Shown piece after piece: positions 17,125 through 27,028 of a stretch of 34,058 bases of DNA. The notes under the pieces were generated by a model that ran no database searches, was not told the DNA's origin, and saw only the letters and a list, made by a program, of their open reading frames with translations. A program made the translations under genes and the position numbers. The stretch's first letter is position 1, and every line of letters begins with the position of its first letter. This DNA is from a virus (lineage: Duplodnaviria; Caudoviricetes), in the IMG/VR virus record IMGVR_UViG_3300032320_002496, positions 1-34,058 of that record; one strand, 5' to 3'.

Positions 17125-18254
17125 TGGCAATAACAAACTTAGCCTATCCTAGTGGAAGTCCAAGCTTACAAGATACGCTTTGGCATATCTTTGATTCAAA
17201 TATAACAAGCGCAGACTTAAAGTATGTGATGGATATATACGTAGGCGGTACACAACAAGTAAGAGTAAAACTTTACCCGGAACCAACAACCGGCATAGGC
17301 TATTTTGATGCCGGGCCTATTGTAAGAAACACAATGACTTACGAATGGCTAACACCTAACAACAATGTATTAATGTGTCAGCCTAGCGTAAGCGGACAAG
17401 TGGCACAAACTTACCAATATAGAATAGGTGAAGAGACAAGTGGCGTAACTACATTAAACTTAGCTAGCGGAAGCGTAACGGCTTATAACTTTGTACCTCC
17501 TACGTTTAAGCGTAAGGTTACAGATTTAAGCGCATACAATGGTAAGGCAATGACAAACAGACCAACAACAATAGAATATAGTTTAGGCGAAAATCTTTAT
17601 ATTCCATGTAAAGATGTAAGCGGTTTAGTAGTTAGTACTTATAATGCTAACAACTTAAAGATAGCAGATACTACTTATAGTTTAGGTGGCACCAAGGCAT
17701 TTGCTCAATTAAACATTGGATCACCGGCTTTAAACAATCCAACTAGTGTTATTACAAGTGCGGTTAAATATTATTTAGTGCAAATAGGATCTAGCAGTTA
17801 TCAAGTAAACATTAATTGCAACCCTAAATATACAAGCTATAACTTACATTTTATGAATCATCTAGGTATGTTTGACACCGCTAAATTTGATTTAGCTAGC
17901 AGACTTACCATGGATGTATCGCGTAAAAGCTTTACTAAAAGAGACTACTCTTTAGGTGCTAGTGCAGTTAGTTATTATGATGCTAATAATAAATATGTAA
18001 GCAGTAAGATAGATTATTTAAACAAAAAAGATCATAGCTACAAGCTTACAATGAATGCGCCGACGGATGCCGAATACGAATGGCTTGCCGAATTAATAGA
18101 CTCGCCGCAAGTTTACTTTGAGTTAGATGGCTACTTTTACCCAGTAAGTATTAAGAATAATAGCTACGAGTATAGCAAATATGTAAACAATAGGCTTAGA
18201 GTGCTTGAGGTTGACATAGATATAAACCAAACGCGATATAGCCAATTAAGATAA
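17124..18254 (+). CDS. Tail structural protein (distal tail-like)
   Basis: Beta-rich; FMNHLGMFD and ELIDSPQVY motifs; precedes the large tail-tip gene. Confidence 0.55.
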   Translation: MAITNLAYPSGSPSLQDTLWHIFDSNITSADLKYVMDIYVGGTQQVRVKLYPEPTTGIGYFDAGPIVRNTMTYEWLTPNNNVLMCQPSVSGQVAQTYQYRIGEETSGVTTLNLASGSVTAYNFVPPTFKRKVTDLSAYNGKAMTNRPTTIEYSLGENLYIPCKDVSGLVVSTYNANNLKIADTTYSLGGTKAFAQLNIGSPALNNPTSVITSAVKYYLVQIGSSSYQVNINCNPKYTSYNLHFMNHLGMFDTAKFDLASRLTMDVSRKSFTKRDYSLGASAVSYYDANNKYVSSKIDYLNKKDHSYKLTMNAPTDAEYEWLAELIDSPQVYFELDGYFYPVSIKNNSYEYSKYVNNRLRVLEVDIDINQTRYSQLR

Positions 18255-18255
18255 T

Positions 18256-21200
18256 ATGACTAGAATATTTATTGAAGGATACGAACTAGATTTAACAACC
18301 GGACTAAGTAACCAAATTACTTACGCCATTGATGACTTACAAAACTTAGATAGTAAAAGTACAAGCTTTACTAAAACTATTATACTTCCAGGGACTGCTA
18401 ACAATAATAAGCTATTAGGTAATATCTTTGAATTTAACAACGCAAACTTTGACAACCCTTTAGATGCTAACGTGCTAGCAAACTTTAATGCAGCACGCAA
18501 CGCGGTAGCACGAATAGAAGTAAACGGCTTACAAATAATGAAGGGCGTTTTAAGACTTTTAGAAATAGTGCATATAGACGGAGCAATAGAATATGAATGC
18601 GCATTATTTGGCGAACTTGGTGGCTTTATTAATGCACTTGGCAATAGTAGAATTGAAGATTTAAACTTTAGTTCTTACAATCATACTTATAGCTATGCAA
18701 ATATTGTAAGCAGTTGGGACACTAGCGGAAGTACCGGTTATTGTTACCCTTTAATTGATTACGGAAATGTAAGCACGGGAACTTATGGCGTTGCTAAAAA
18801 AGACTTTCAATATACTACATTTAAACCGGCCTTATTTTTAAGAGAATATATAACAAAGATAATTGCAAATAGCGGTTATTCTTACGAGTGTGATTTTTTT
18901 GATACTACTAAGTTTAGAAATATAGTTGTGCCTAATAACCAAAAGCAACTAACAAAAGAGACTAACAATGTTCTTGCTTTAACTAAAGCAATTAATCAAG
19001 TAATGAATACCGGAGGTACTCAAGACTTTGTAAGCTACGAAACTAAGGTAGGTAGCTTATTTACTGCAAGCGTTGGCGATACTACTTTTACTTATACCGG
19101 TACACCTACTTTAACTACTAATTTAACAATAGAACTTTTTGGGGATTATATTTTAGCTGCAAGACCTTTAACAATAGCTTTGCTAAAAAATGGCGTTGTA
19201 ATTCCTTTAAGTAGCCAAACGTATAACGGCACCGATTTACTTTATTATAACAAAACATTAAGCGTTCAATTTGCTACTAACGATACTTTAAGAGTTAGGA
19301 CTACTTGCGTACTTGATGGCGGCGACGAAGTCAATGTTAGTGAAAGTACTATAAACGTTTTAAACGATATAGCTACAACGGCACCTATTGAATTAGGTGA
19401 TACAATGATTATTAATAACACTATCCCAAAAGGTATATTTCAAAAAGACTTTTTTATATCAGTACTTAAAATGTTTAATCTTTTAGTTACTGAAGATAAG
19501 AATAGGACTAACCATTTAATAATTGAGCCATACATTGACTTTTGGGGTGGCTCTATATTAGATTGGTCGGACAAGATGGATAGAAGCAAGGCTATTAAGA
19601 TTAAGCCTATGAGCGAAATAAACGCTAGATACTACAATTTTAAATTTAAACAAGACAATGATTTTTATAATGAAGACTATCGTAAAAAATTTAATGAGGG
19701 ATATGGTGATATAATTTACGATAATGGCCTTGAATTTGCAAAAGATACTGAAAGTGTTGAAGTAATATTTGCTTCAAGCCCGTTATTTGGTACTAATACA
19801 ACGGACAAGGTTTTTCCGGCCATTTATAAAAAGTCTAACGAGAATACTAAAGAGGATCCTATGGATCACATAGTACGAATAATGCAGATAAAGAAAGTTA
19901 CGAGTATTGCTAGTTGGAATATTTTAAACCTTGCAACTAACCTAGGATCTAACACCGCTTATTTATATGCGGGTCATTTAAACAATCCTACTACGCCAAC
20001 CGATGATATTAATTACGGAGCGCCAAAGCAATTATATTTTAATTTAACAAGTGGCGACTTAAGTAATAACTTATTTAATACTTATTATTCTTCTTACCTT
20101 GCAGAGATAACCGATAAAGATAGCCGCTTACTAACGGCATATTTTAACCTTACAGACTTAGATATTTTTAACCTAGACTTTAGTAAGTTTATTTATATTG
20201 ATGGAGGTCTTTATAGAATTAATAAAGTAATAGATTATGCGCCCGAAAATAATGAATTAACAAAAGTTGACTTATTAAGAGTTATTGAAAAGGAATATAT
20301 TGAGCAACCGCCATTGCCTACAACAACAACAACTACTACAAGCACAACAACTACTACTACAACATTAGCTACTTTTATTGCATCTTATAGCATGGTAAGT
20401 GCTTATGATGTATGCAATGTAGTATGTCCTAATCCAGCAAGACCAGTAGAAACATTTACTATTTTAGCGGGTGGTAATACGCTATGTACTGCAACTAAAT
20501 TAACAAGTACCTTAATTGCTAACGGAACTATAACCGGCAATTTTTGGTTAAGTGCATGTAGCGGAACTAGTAGACAATTTACTATTATTATTGAAGGAGG
20601 TCAATTTGTAGCCGTATGGGCCGAGGAGACTTGTCAAACTTGTCCAGCGGTTACAACAACCACCACAAGTACAACTACTACAACTACAACGCCGGCACCT
20701 ACAACAACTACAAGTACAACTACTACTACTACTACATTAGCTACTTTTAACGCCTCGTTTAGCATGGTAAGTGCTTATGATGTATGTAATGTAGTATGTC
20801 CTAATCCAGCAAGGCCGATAGAAACATTTACTATTTTAGCGGGTGGTAATACACTATGTACTGCAACCAAGATAACAAGTAATTTAATTGCTATCGGAAC
20901 TATAACCGGCAATTTTTGGTTAAGCGCTTGTACTGGAACTAGTAGACAATTTACAATTATTATAGAAGGTGGCCAATTTGTAGGGGTATGGGCTGAAGAG
21001 ACTTGCTCTACTTGTCCGGCCGTAACTACTACTACAACTAGTACTACAACTACTACAACAACACCGGCGCCAACTACTACAACTAGTACTACAACTACTA
21101 CTACAACGCCGGCGCCAACTACTACAACTAGTACTACAACTACTACAACAACACCGGCACCAACTACTACAACTAGTACTACAACTACTACTACAACGCC

Positions 21201-21744
21201 GGCACCTAACCATAGCTATCAAGCTACAAGGTGTAGTGATGGCGCTACAAGTACTTTAATTGTATCAAGTACTAAAAGTGTTGGTTCGGTTTATACAAGT
21301 GCGCCAAGTGGAATTAGTCAATGTTATACTTTAACAAGTTATAACGGGCCGGTAGATATAGCTACAAACATAACTTTATACACTTCAGTTTTAGAATGTG
21401 CTGACTCAGCATGTATTCAGCCGGCTACAACTACAACAACAAGTACTACAACAACAACTACTACGGCTGCGCCTACAACAACAAGTACAACAACTAGTAC
21501 TACTACTATTGGTTATACTTATTATATTTTAGATAGATACATGTGTGATCCTTGTACTTTAGATGCTTCAAGCGTAGCAATTGCAAGGTCTACAAATAGC
21601 GGCTTAAACGCTTTATTCTTTAACTTTGCAAACGGATACGTTTACTTATCAAATGGTACAACAAGCGGAAGTTCTTACGACTTTGACATAGATACAGAAA
21701 GCGCTAAGAGTGGAGCAGATTGTACGGACGTATGCCAACTTTAA
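18256..21744 (+). CDS. Tail tip/baseplate hub-like protein with mucin-like Thr-rich, Cys-module C-terminal extension
   Basis: About 690-aa N-terminal tail-protein-like region (SFTKTIILPGT, YPLIDYG, YRINKVIDY), then poly-Thr stalks and Cys-rich modules. Confidence 0.75.
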   Translation: MTRIFIEGYELDLTTGLSNQITYAIDDLQNLDSKSTSFTKTIILPGTANNNKLLGNIFEFNNANFDNPLDANVLANFNAARNAVARIEVNGLQIMKGVLRLLEIVHIDGAIEYECALFGELGGFINALGNSRIEDLNFSSYNHTYSYANIVSSWDTSGSTGYCYPLIDYGNVSTGTYGVAKKDFQYTTFKPALFLREYITKIIANSGYSYECDFFDTTKFRNIVVPNNQKQLTKETNNVLALTKAINQVMNTGGTQDFVSYETKVGSLFTASVGDTTFTYTGTPTLTTNLTIELFGDYILAARPLTIALLKNGVVIPLSSQTYNGTDLLYYNKTLSVQFATNDTLRVRTTCVLDGGDEVNVSESTINVLNDIATTAPIELGDTMIINNTIPKGIFQKDFFISVLKMFNLLVTEDKNRTNHLIIEPYIDFWGGSILDWSDKMDRSKAIKIKPMSEINARYYNFKFKQDNDFYNEDYRKKFNEGYGDIIYDNGLEFAKDTESVEVIFASSPLFGTNTTDKVFPAIYKKSNENTKEDPMDHIVRIMQIKKVTSIASWNILNLATNLGSNTAYLYAGHLNNPTTPTDDINYGAPKQLYFNLTSGDLSNNLFNTYYSSYLAEITDKDSRLLTAYFNLTDLDIFNLDFSKFIYIDGGLYRINKVIDYAPENNELTKVDLLRVIEKEYIEQPPLPTTTTTTTSTTTTTTTLATFIASYSMVSAYDVCNVVCPNPARPVETFTILAGGNTLCTATKLTSTLIANGTITGNFWLSACSGTSRQFTIIIEGGQFVAVWAEETCQTCPAVTTTTTSTTTTTTTPAPTTTTSTTTTTTTLATFNASFSMVSAYDVCNVVCPNPARPIETFTILAGGNTLCTATKITSNLIAIGTITGNFWLSACTGTSRQFTIIIEGGQFVGVWAEETCSTCPAVTTTTTSTTTTTTTPAPTTTTSTTTTTTTPAPTTTTSTTTTTTTPAPTTTTSTTTTTTTPAPNHSYQATRCSDGATSTLIVSSTKSVGSVYTSAPSGISQCYTLTSYNGPVDIATNITLYTSVLECADSACIQPATTTTTSTTTTTTTAAPTTTSTTTSTTTIGYTYYILDRYMCDPCTLDASSVAIARSTNSGLNALFFNFANGYVYLSNGTTSGSSYDFDIDTESAKSGADCTDVCQL
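20362..21024 (+). repeat. Duplicated Cys-rich module (period 372 nt / 124 aa)
   Basis: AGCATGGTAAGTGCTTATGATGTATG at 20389 and 20761; near-identical protein copies. Confidence 0.9.
21061..21207 (+). repeat. 45-bp tandem repeat encoding TPAPTTTTSTTTTTT
   Basis: Units start at 21061, 21106, 21151 and 21196 (partial). Confidence 0.9.
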
Positions 21745-21755
21745 AATAAAAATAA

Positions 21756-22721
21756 ATGATATATATTTGTACACAACCTAAGATTATTTATTACGCATGG
21801 CATTTGGAAGTTATGCTTACCAACTTTAAGTCGGTAGGCATACCCGATGATAAAATACACGTTTTGTTATCTGTAAGTAAAGACCAGGAAGATAAAACTA
21901 ACTTGCCCGAAACAAAGCAAATGTTTGATAGGCTAAAAGAAAAGTTTAGAAATATAGCTTTCTTTGAGTACACCGATACAAGGGTGATGCCTACTTATAT
22001 ACCAAGCGTAATAATGAACGCAGTAAAACACCATTATAAAGCTTACCCATATTTGCAAATGGAGAATGTTTTTTTACATGATTGCGATATGATATTTACA
22101 AAGCCGGTAGACTTTACGGACTTAGAGCAAGACGATTCATGTTATGTAAGCGATAGTAAAAGCTTTATTTGGAGTGATTACATATTAGAGAAAGGCCAAG
22201 ACCTTTACGAAGATATGTGCGACATTGTAGGCCTAGATTATAGCGTGCCAATAAAACACCGATTACATAGTGGGGGTAGTCAATATATTTTTAAAAATAT
22301 AGACTATAAGTTTTGGCAAAAGGTAGAAAGCGATAGCGTGGCTTTATTTGATTATTTTCAAAAAAGCGAACCTTTAAGAGTACAAAAAAATCCGGCTTAC
22401 TATGGCATTCAACAATTTACGGCGGGTATGTGGGGCATGCTTTGGAATTGCTGGTACTACGATTTAGATGTAAAGATTACAGATAGACTCGATTTTTGCT
22501 GGGGTACCGATCCGATAGAAAAATGGGCCAAGTGTCATATTTTTCATAATTCGGGCGTAACCTATGATATTGGTAAAAGTCATAATATATTTTACAAAGG
22601 TGCTTATACCGATAAGCTACCTTATGAAGACGTTATGAATAACGAATACAATGAGGCCTTTGGTTCTTATAATTATACTAACCTAATAAGACAAGTAGGT
22701 TTAAATACTTGTTTAAAATAA
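21756..22721 (+). CDS. GT-A glycosyltransferase resembling peptide O-glycosyltransferases (HPAT/SERGT-like)
   Basis: YYAWHLEVM N-terminal motif, FLHDCDMIF DxD motif, FTAGMWG, IFHNSG; directly after the Thr-rich gene. Confidence 0.6.
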   Translation: MIYICTQPKIIYYAWHLEVMLTNFKSVGIPDDKIHVLLSVSKDQEDKTNLPETKQMFDRLKEKFRNIAFFEYTDTRVMPTYIPSVIMNAVKHHYKAYPYLQMENVFLHDCDMIFTKPVDFTDLEQDDSCYVSDSKSFIWSDYILEKGQDLYEDMCDIVGLDYSVPIKHRLHSGGSQYIFKNIDYKFWQKVESDSVALFDYFQKSEPLRVQKNPAYYGIQQFTAGMWGMLWNCWYYDLDVKITDRLDFCWGTDPIEKWAKCHIFHNSGVTYDIGKSHNIFYKGAYTDKLPYEDVMNNEYNEAFGSYNYTNLIRQVGLNTCLK

Positions 22722-22727
22722 TAAAAC

Positions 22728-24311
22728 ATGGCAACTAAAAAGACACAAGTAGTAGTAGAAATAAAAACTGATTCAACGCAAGCAACAAGCGAAGCCAATA
22801 AAACCAAAGACGAAGTCGCTGGTATTGGTAAAGCTGCGGCCGGAAGTATTGCCGAACTAAAAGAACTTAAAAAGCAGTTAAAAAATACCGCAGCCGGTTC
22901 CGAAGAGTTTAAGACTTTATTTAATCAAATTGATGATTTAGAGGATAAAATTAAAGGATCTAAGAAAGCTTCAAGCGATTGGATTGATACTTTAGAAAGT
23001 GCCGGAGGGCCTTTAGGTATGTTGGGAGGCGCGCTTAATAGAGCAAAGGTTGCAACTACTAGCTTTAGTGCTGCGTTAAAAGCTACCGGTATTGGTTTAA
23101 TTGTTTCTTTAGTTGCCGGACTTGCCGCAGCGTTTGCTAAAAACGAAAGCGCAATGAAAAAGCTTGAGCCTATAATGACTCAAGTAGGTAGATTATTAAA
23201 CGGAATTTTAGGAGCAATGCAGCCCTTAATTGATAGCTTTATTAATTTTGCAGAAAGGGCTTTGCCTTATGTAACGCAAGGTTTTAAAGTTGCTTATAGT
23301 GCTTTAAGTTCTTTTTTACAAGGTATTGGAATGGTAGGCTCGGCGGTTAAAAAGTTTATAAGTGGTGATTTTGCCGGAGCCTGGGACGATGCTAAAAAGT
23401 CAGTTACCGAATTTGGTACTAGATATGAAGATGCAAATAAGCGTTTTATTGCCGGAAGCCAAGAATTAACAGATAAAGAAAAAGCAGAACAAGAAAAAAG
23501 ACTAGCGGATCAAAAAGCTGCAAACGAAAAGGCAGCCGCAGAAAGAAAAGCCGAAGATAAAAGAAAGGCAGCCGAAGAGAAAGCAAGACTTGAAAAAGCC
23601 AAAGCAGACGCTAAAGCTTACGAAGATTTTGATACAGAATTGCAACAAAGATTAATGCAACTTCAAGAAGAGAAAGACGCTAAAGAAACTGCAAGACTTG
23701 AAAAAGCCGCCGCTGAAGCTAAAGCTTATAATGATTTTGAAATAAAATTAGCACAAGATCTTTTAAAACTTGAAGAAGAAGCCACTGCTAAAAAAATATT
23801 GCTTGCGGATCAAGAACTTCAAGCAAAATTAGCATTAGCTAACGCGATAGGTAATATTGCCGGAGGGTTATCCGCACTATTTGAAAAAGGCACAACCGCT
23901 TCAAAGATAGCCGGACTGGCAGAAATAGCAATAGGCACCGGAGTTGGATTTATACAAGGCTTAGATATTGCACAAAAGGGAGCAAAAGCAACCGGCCCGG
24001 CTGCGCCTTTTGCATTTCCTATTTTTTATGCGTCTCAAATTGCCGCAGTACTTGGAGCAGTTAGCAGAGCAAAAAGCGTAATGACTCAAGTAAAGGGAGG
24101 CAGTGGGCCTTCGTTTAGTGTTTCAGCTCCGACAATTCCTAGGGTAAATGCAGCGGCACCTTTAGCGGCGCAAGCAAGCACAACAACTTTAAACCAAGCG
24201 CAAATTAATCAAATAGGAAATGTAGCAGCTAGAGCCTATGTAGTTGAAAGCGACATAAGCGGTAACCAAGAACGTGTTTATAGACTTAACCGCGCTGCTA
24301 GAATTAATTAA
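22728..24311 (+). CDS. Tape measure protein
   Basis: Ala/Gly-rich helical protein, LKATGIGLIV segment, charged coiled coil, AYVVESDI C-terminal motif. Confidence 0.75.
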   Translation: MATKKTQVVVEIKTDSTQATSEANKTKDEVAGIGKAAAGSIAELKELKKQLKNTAAGSEEFKTLFNQIDDLEDKIKGSKKASSDWIDTLESAGGPLGMLGGALNRAKVATTSFSAALKATGIGLIVSLVAGLAAAFAKNESAMKKLEPIMTQVGRLLNGILGAMQPLIDSFINFAERALPYVTQGFKVAYSALSSFLQGIGMVGSAVKKFISGDFAGAWDDAKKSVTEFGTRYEDANKRFIAGSQELTDKEKAEQEKRLADQKAANEKAAAERKAEDKRKAAEEKARLEKAKADAKAYEDFDTELQQRLMQLQEEKDAKETARLEKAAAEAKAYNDFEIKLAQDLLKLEEEATAKKILLADQELQAKLALANAIGNIAGGLSALFEKGTTASKIAGLAEIAIGTGVGFIQGLDIAQKGAKATGPAAPFAFPIFYASQIAAVLGAVSRAKSVMTQVKGGSGPSFSVSAPTIPRVNAAAPLAAQASTTTLNQAQINQIGNVAARAYVVESDISGNQERVYRLNRAARIN

Positions 24312-24346
24312 AAGTACATAACCTATAAAAAAGATATTTATAAAGT

Positions 24347-25393
24347 ATGGACTTACCTATTTACGAACTTAAGATTCAAGAAGAGTTGCAAGACGATGCC
24401 GAGGTTTCGTTTATTGCACTTGTAGACAAGCCGGCTATTCAACGTGACTTTGTGGCCTTTTCTCAAGATTTTATACAACCAACTAAAGGCGAAGGCAAAG
24501 ATGCATTTTTACCTAGATGTATTAGTTATATTATTAATGAAGGTAAAGAAAGTGAACAAGCCGTAGCTATATGCAATTCAATGTGGGAGCAACACTTTGC
24601 CGAAGATTCATATAATGATTACCCGGAGTCAGCTAAAAATAATGCAGAAAGGGCAATAAAATTAAACGATAATCTTAATAACAAATGCGCTACTCAAGTA
24701 GGTAAGGTAAGAGCGCAACAAATAATGAAAGGCGAAAACTTAAGCAAAGAAACTATAAAGCGCACCTATTCTTATTTAAGTAGAGCAAAAGAATATTATA
24801 ACCCAAGCGATAGCGAGGCTTGCGGAACTATTAGTTATCTTTTATGGGGTGGTGATCCAATGTTAAATTGGTGCGAATCTAAAATGAATAATCAAGATTT
24901 TAAGTCAGCATCTATGGCATTTGCTATCCAGGACGAAGACAAACATATTATAAGCGGGCCATTGATGTTAGCGGATAAGCCTATTTATAGAAACAATAAG
25001 AAATTTGGCGAACACTTTGTGACATTTAGCGCAGAGACTATTAAAGACATAGCTATTAAATTTAGCAAGAAAGGATACCAAGGCAATGTTAATTTAATGC
25101 ACGACCAGGATATGCAGCTTGAAGGTCTTATTATGTTTGAAAGCTTTATAGTTGACAAAACTAGAGGCATACATCCTATGGCGGGTTTTGAAGACGCTAA
25201 AGATGGTTCTTGGTTTGGGAGCTTTTATGTAGAAAACGAAGAAGCATGGCGATTAATTAAACAAGGCAAAGTAAAAGGCTTTAGCGTTGAGGGTTACTTT
25301 GAATACCCTAGCGAAAAGAAGGCGCCTACTTATGCAGAACAAAAACTAGCAGAACTAGCGGAGTTATTAAAAGTACCTTTACAACTTAAATAA
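24347..25393 (+). CDS. Prohead protease (XkdF-like serine protease) with inserted domain(s)
   Basis: IALVDKPAI, NLMH, GSWF, VKGFSVEG motifs; precedes scaffold and capsid. Confidence 0.8.
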   Translation: MDLPIYELKIQEELQDDAEVSFIALVDKPAIQRDFVAFSQDFIQPTKGEGKDAFLPRCISYIINEGKESEQAVAICNSMWEQHFAEDSYNDYPESAKNNAERAIKLNDNLNNKCATQVGKVRAQQIMKGENLSKETIKRTYSYLSRAKEYYNPSDSEACGTISYLLWGGDPMLNWCESKMNNQDFKSASMAFAIQDEDKHIISGPLMLADKPIYRNNKKFGEHFVTFSAETIKDIAIKFSKKGYQGNVNLMHDQDMQLEGLIMFESFIVDKTRGIHPMAGFEDAKDGSWFGSFYVENEEAWRLIKQGKVKGFSVEGYFEYPSEKKAPTYAEQKLAELAELLKVPLQLK

Positions 25394-25404
25394 TATATAT
25401 AAAC

Positions 25405-25989
25405 ATGGAACAAGCACAAAACATTCTTAACAAAGTTTCTATGTTCTTTGCAGAACTAGTAGGAAACGAATCAATGCCTATGCCAAGCGGCGAGACTGCG
25501 GCACCGGTAAAAATGATGGAAGCCAAATTATTAGATGGCACTATCGTTGAAGTAACTGAATTAGCGGTAGGTGGTATCGTAACTATTGAAGGTGTACCGG
25601 CTCCGGTTGGCGAACATACTTTAGAAAATGGCGATATGATTGTACTAGGTGATAATGGCGTTATCATGGAAATTAAGCCAAAGATGGAAGACGAAGTTTC
25701 AGTAGAAGTAGAAGTACCAGTAGTTGAAGACATGAGCGCAAAGTTTGCAGCTTTTGAATCAGCAACAAACGAGAAATTTACTGCATACGAATCTAAGTTT
25801 GCACAATACGAAGCTAAATTAGTACAAGCAAACAAAGTAATTGAGGGATTAATGCAAATTAGCAAAATGCTAGTTGAAGCACCTCAAAGCGCACCGGATG
25901 CTGGTGTTAAAACAAGCAACGCTTTTGCGGATCAAAAACTAGATGCAAAGAGCGAGTTCGAGAAATTCTCAAAATCAATTTGTTCATAA
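25405..25989 (+). CDS. Capsid scaffolding protein
   Basis: Acidic; PAPVGEHTLENG motif; coiled coil; between protease and capsid. Confidence 0.7.
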   Translation: MEQAQNILNKVSMFFAELVGNESMPMPSGETAAPVKMMEAKLLDGTIVEVTELAVGGIVTIEGVPAPVGEHTLENGDMIVLGDNGVIMEIKPKMEDEVSVEVEVPVVEDMSAKFAAFESATNEKFTAYESKFAQYEAKLVQANKVIEGLMQISKMLVEAPQSAPDAGVKTSNAFADQKLDAKSEFEKFSKSICS

Positions 25990-26007
25990 ACTAAAAATTA
26001 AAATAAA

Positions 26008-26967
26008 ATGGCATTATCATTCAGCGGCATAAGCGCATATACTAAAGAGCAGATTGCGCCCTTATTAACCGAAGCAGTTTTCTCTGCAAAAACACAAACT
26101 TACTTAAAAGCGGGTGGTATCTTATTACCTAAAGTTAAGTCAAGCGTAAAAATCCCTAAGTTAGCTACAAACGCTAACTTCCAAACTGATTCTTGCGGTT
26201 GGAACCCTAGTGGTACAACTACTTTAAGCCAAGCAAGTGTTACGGTTGGTAAAATCAAAATCGAAGAAACAATTTGTCCTAAAGATTTCGAAGCTTACTT
26301 CTCTCAAGAAGCTTTAAAAGCGGGATCAACTTACGAAGATTTTGGATGGGCTGATTTCCAAACTAAGTTCACAGAGCAAAAGAACAAAATGATTGCTAAG
26401 CAATTAGAAGTTGCAATTTGGCAAGGTGATACTACAAGTGCAAATCCTAACTTAAGCCCGTTTGATGGTTTAATCAAATTAATTGATGCGGGTTCTGCGG
26501 TTAACGCAAACGTATCTGGTTACGTATCGGGTGGCCCAATTGCAACAATTACTGCTACTAACGTAGTAAGTATTTTAAATGCAGTTTACAAAGCTATTCC
26601 GGTTGAGATTATTGATGCTGAAGACTTAAAAGTTATGGTTGGTAACGATGTTTACAGATTAGCAGTATTAGCTTACCAAGCATTAAACCTTTACAACTAC
26701 AAAGTTGACGGAGACGCAAACCAAACTTTTGTGATCCCAGGAACAAACGTAGAATTAGTAGCGGTTAACGGATTGAACGGAACCGGTGATATTTACGCAA
26801 CAACTTTGTCTAATATCGCTATGGCGTTTGACTTAGAAGCTGAAGAAGAAAACTACATGATTTGGTATTCTAAGGATAATAACGAAATGCGTTATAGAGT
26901 AGCTTTCAAATTAGGTGTAAACGTAGCTTACACAACTTTATGTGTTAAGTTCAAGTCTGCAATCTAA
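26008..26967 (+). CDS. Major capsid protein
   Basis: 319 aa after the scaffold; IWQGD...FDGLIK motif; strong codon bias; followed by a terminator. Confidence 0.85.
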   Translation: MALSFSGISAYTKEQIAPLLTEAVFSAKTQTYLKAGGILLPKVKSSVKIPKLATNANFQTDSCGWNPSGTTTLSQASVTVGKIKIEETICPKDFEAYFSQEALKAGSTYEDFGWADFQTKFTEQKNKMIAKQLEVAIWQGDTTSANPNLSPFDGLIKLIDAGSAVNANVSGYVSGGPIATITATNVVSILNAVYKAIPVEIIDAEDLKVMVGNDVYRLAVLAYQALNLYNYKVDGDANQTFVIPGTNVELVAVNGLNGTGDIYATTLSNIAMAFDLEAEEENYMIWYSKDNNEMRYRVAFKLGVNVAYTTLCVKFKSAI

Positions 26968-26983
26968 TTAATATATAATCAAG

Positions 26984-27014
26984 AAAAGGCGGTTAAATAA
27001 GCCGCCTTTTTTTT
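26984..27014 (+). terminator. Rho-independent terminator
   Basis: AAAAGGCGGTT-loop-AGCCGCC followed by T8. Confidence 0.85.
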
Positions 27015-27028
27015 AAACTTTTTTTAAC

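Noticed and set aside
21025-21210. Regular repeats as a CRISPR array
   Set aside because: No unique spacers; the 45-bp units are in-frame codons for Thr/Pro tracts; no cas operon
20920-21222. Minus-strand Cys/Ser-rich ORF (metallothionein-like)
   Set aside because: Antisense shadow of ACN Thr codons
25386-25865. Long antisense ORFs here and at 32548-32931, 33409-33876, 15735-16085, 18321-18644
   Set aside because: They lie opposite well-supported genes and have no motifs; expected from codon bias
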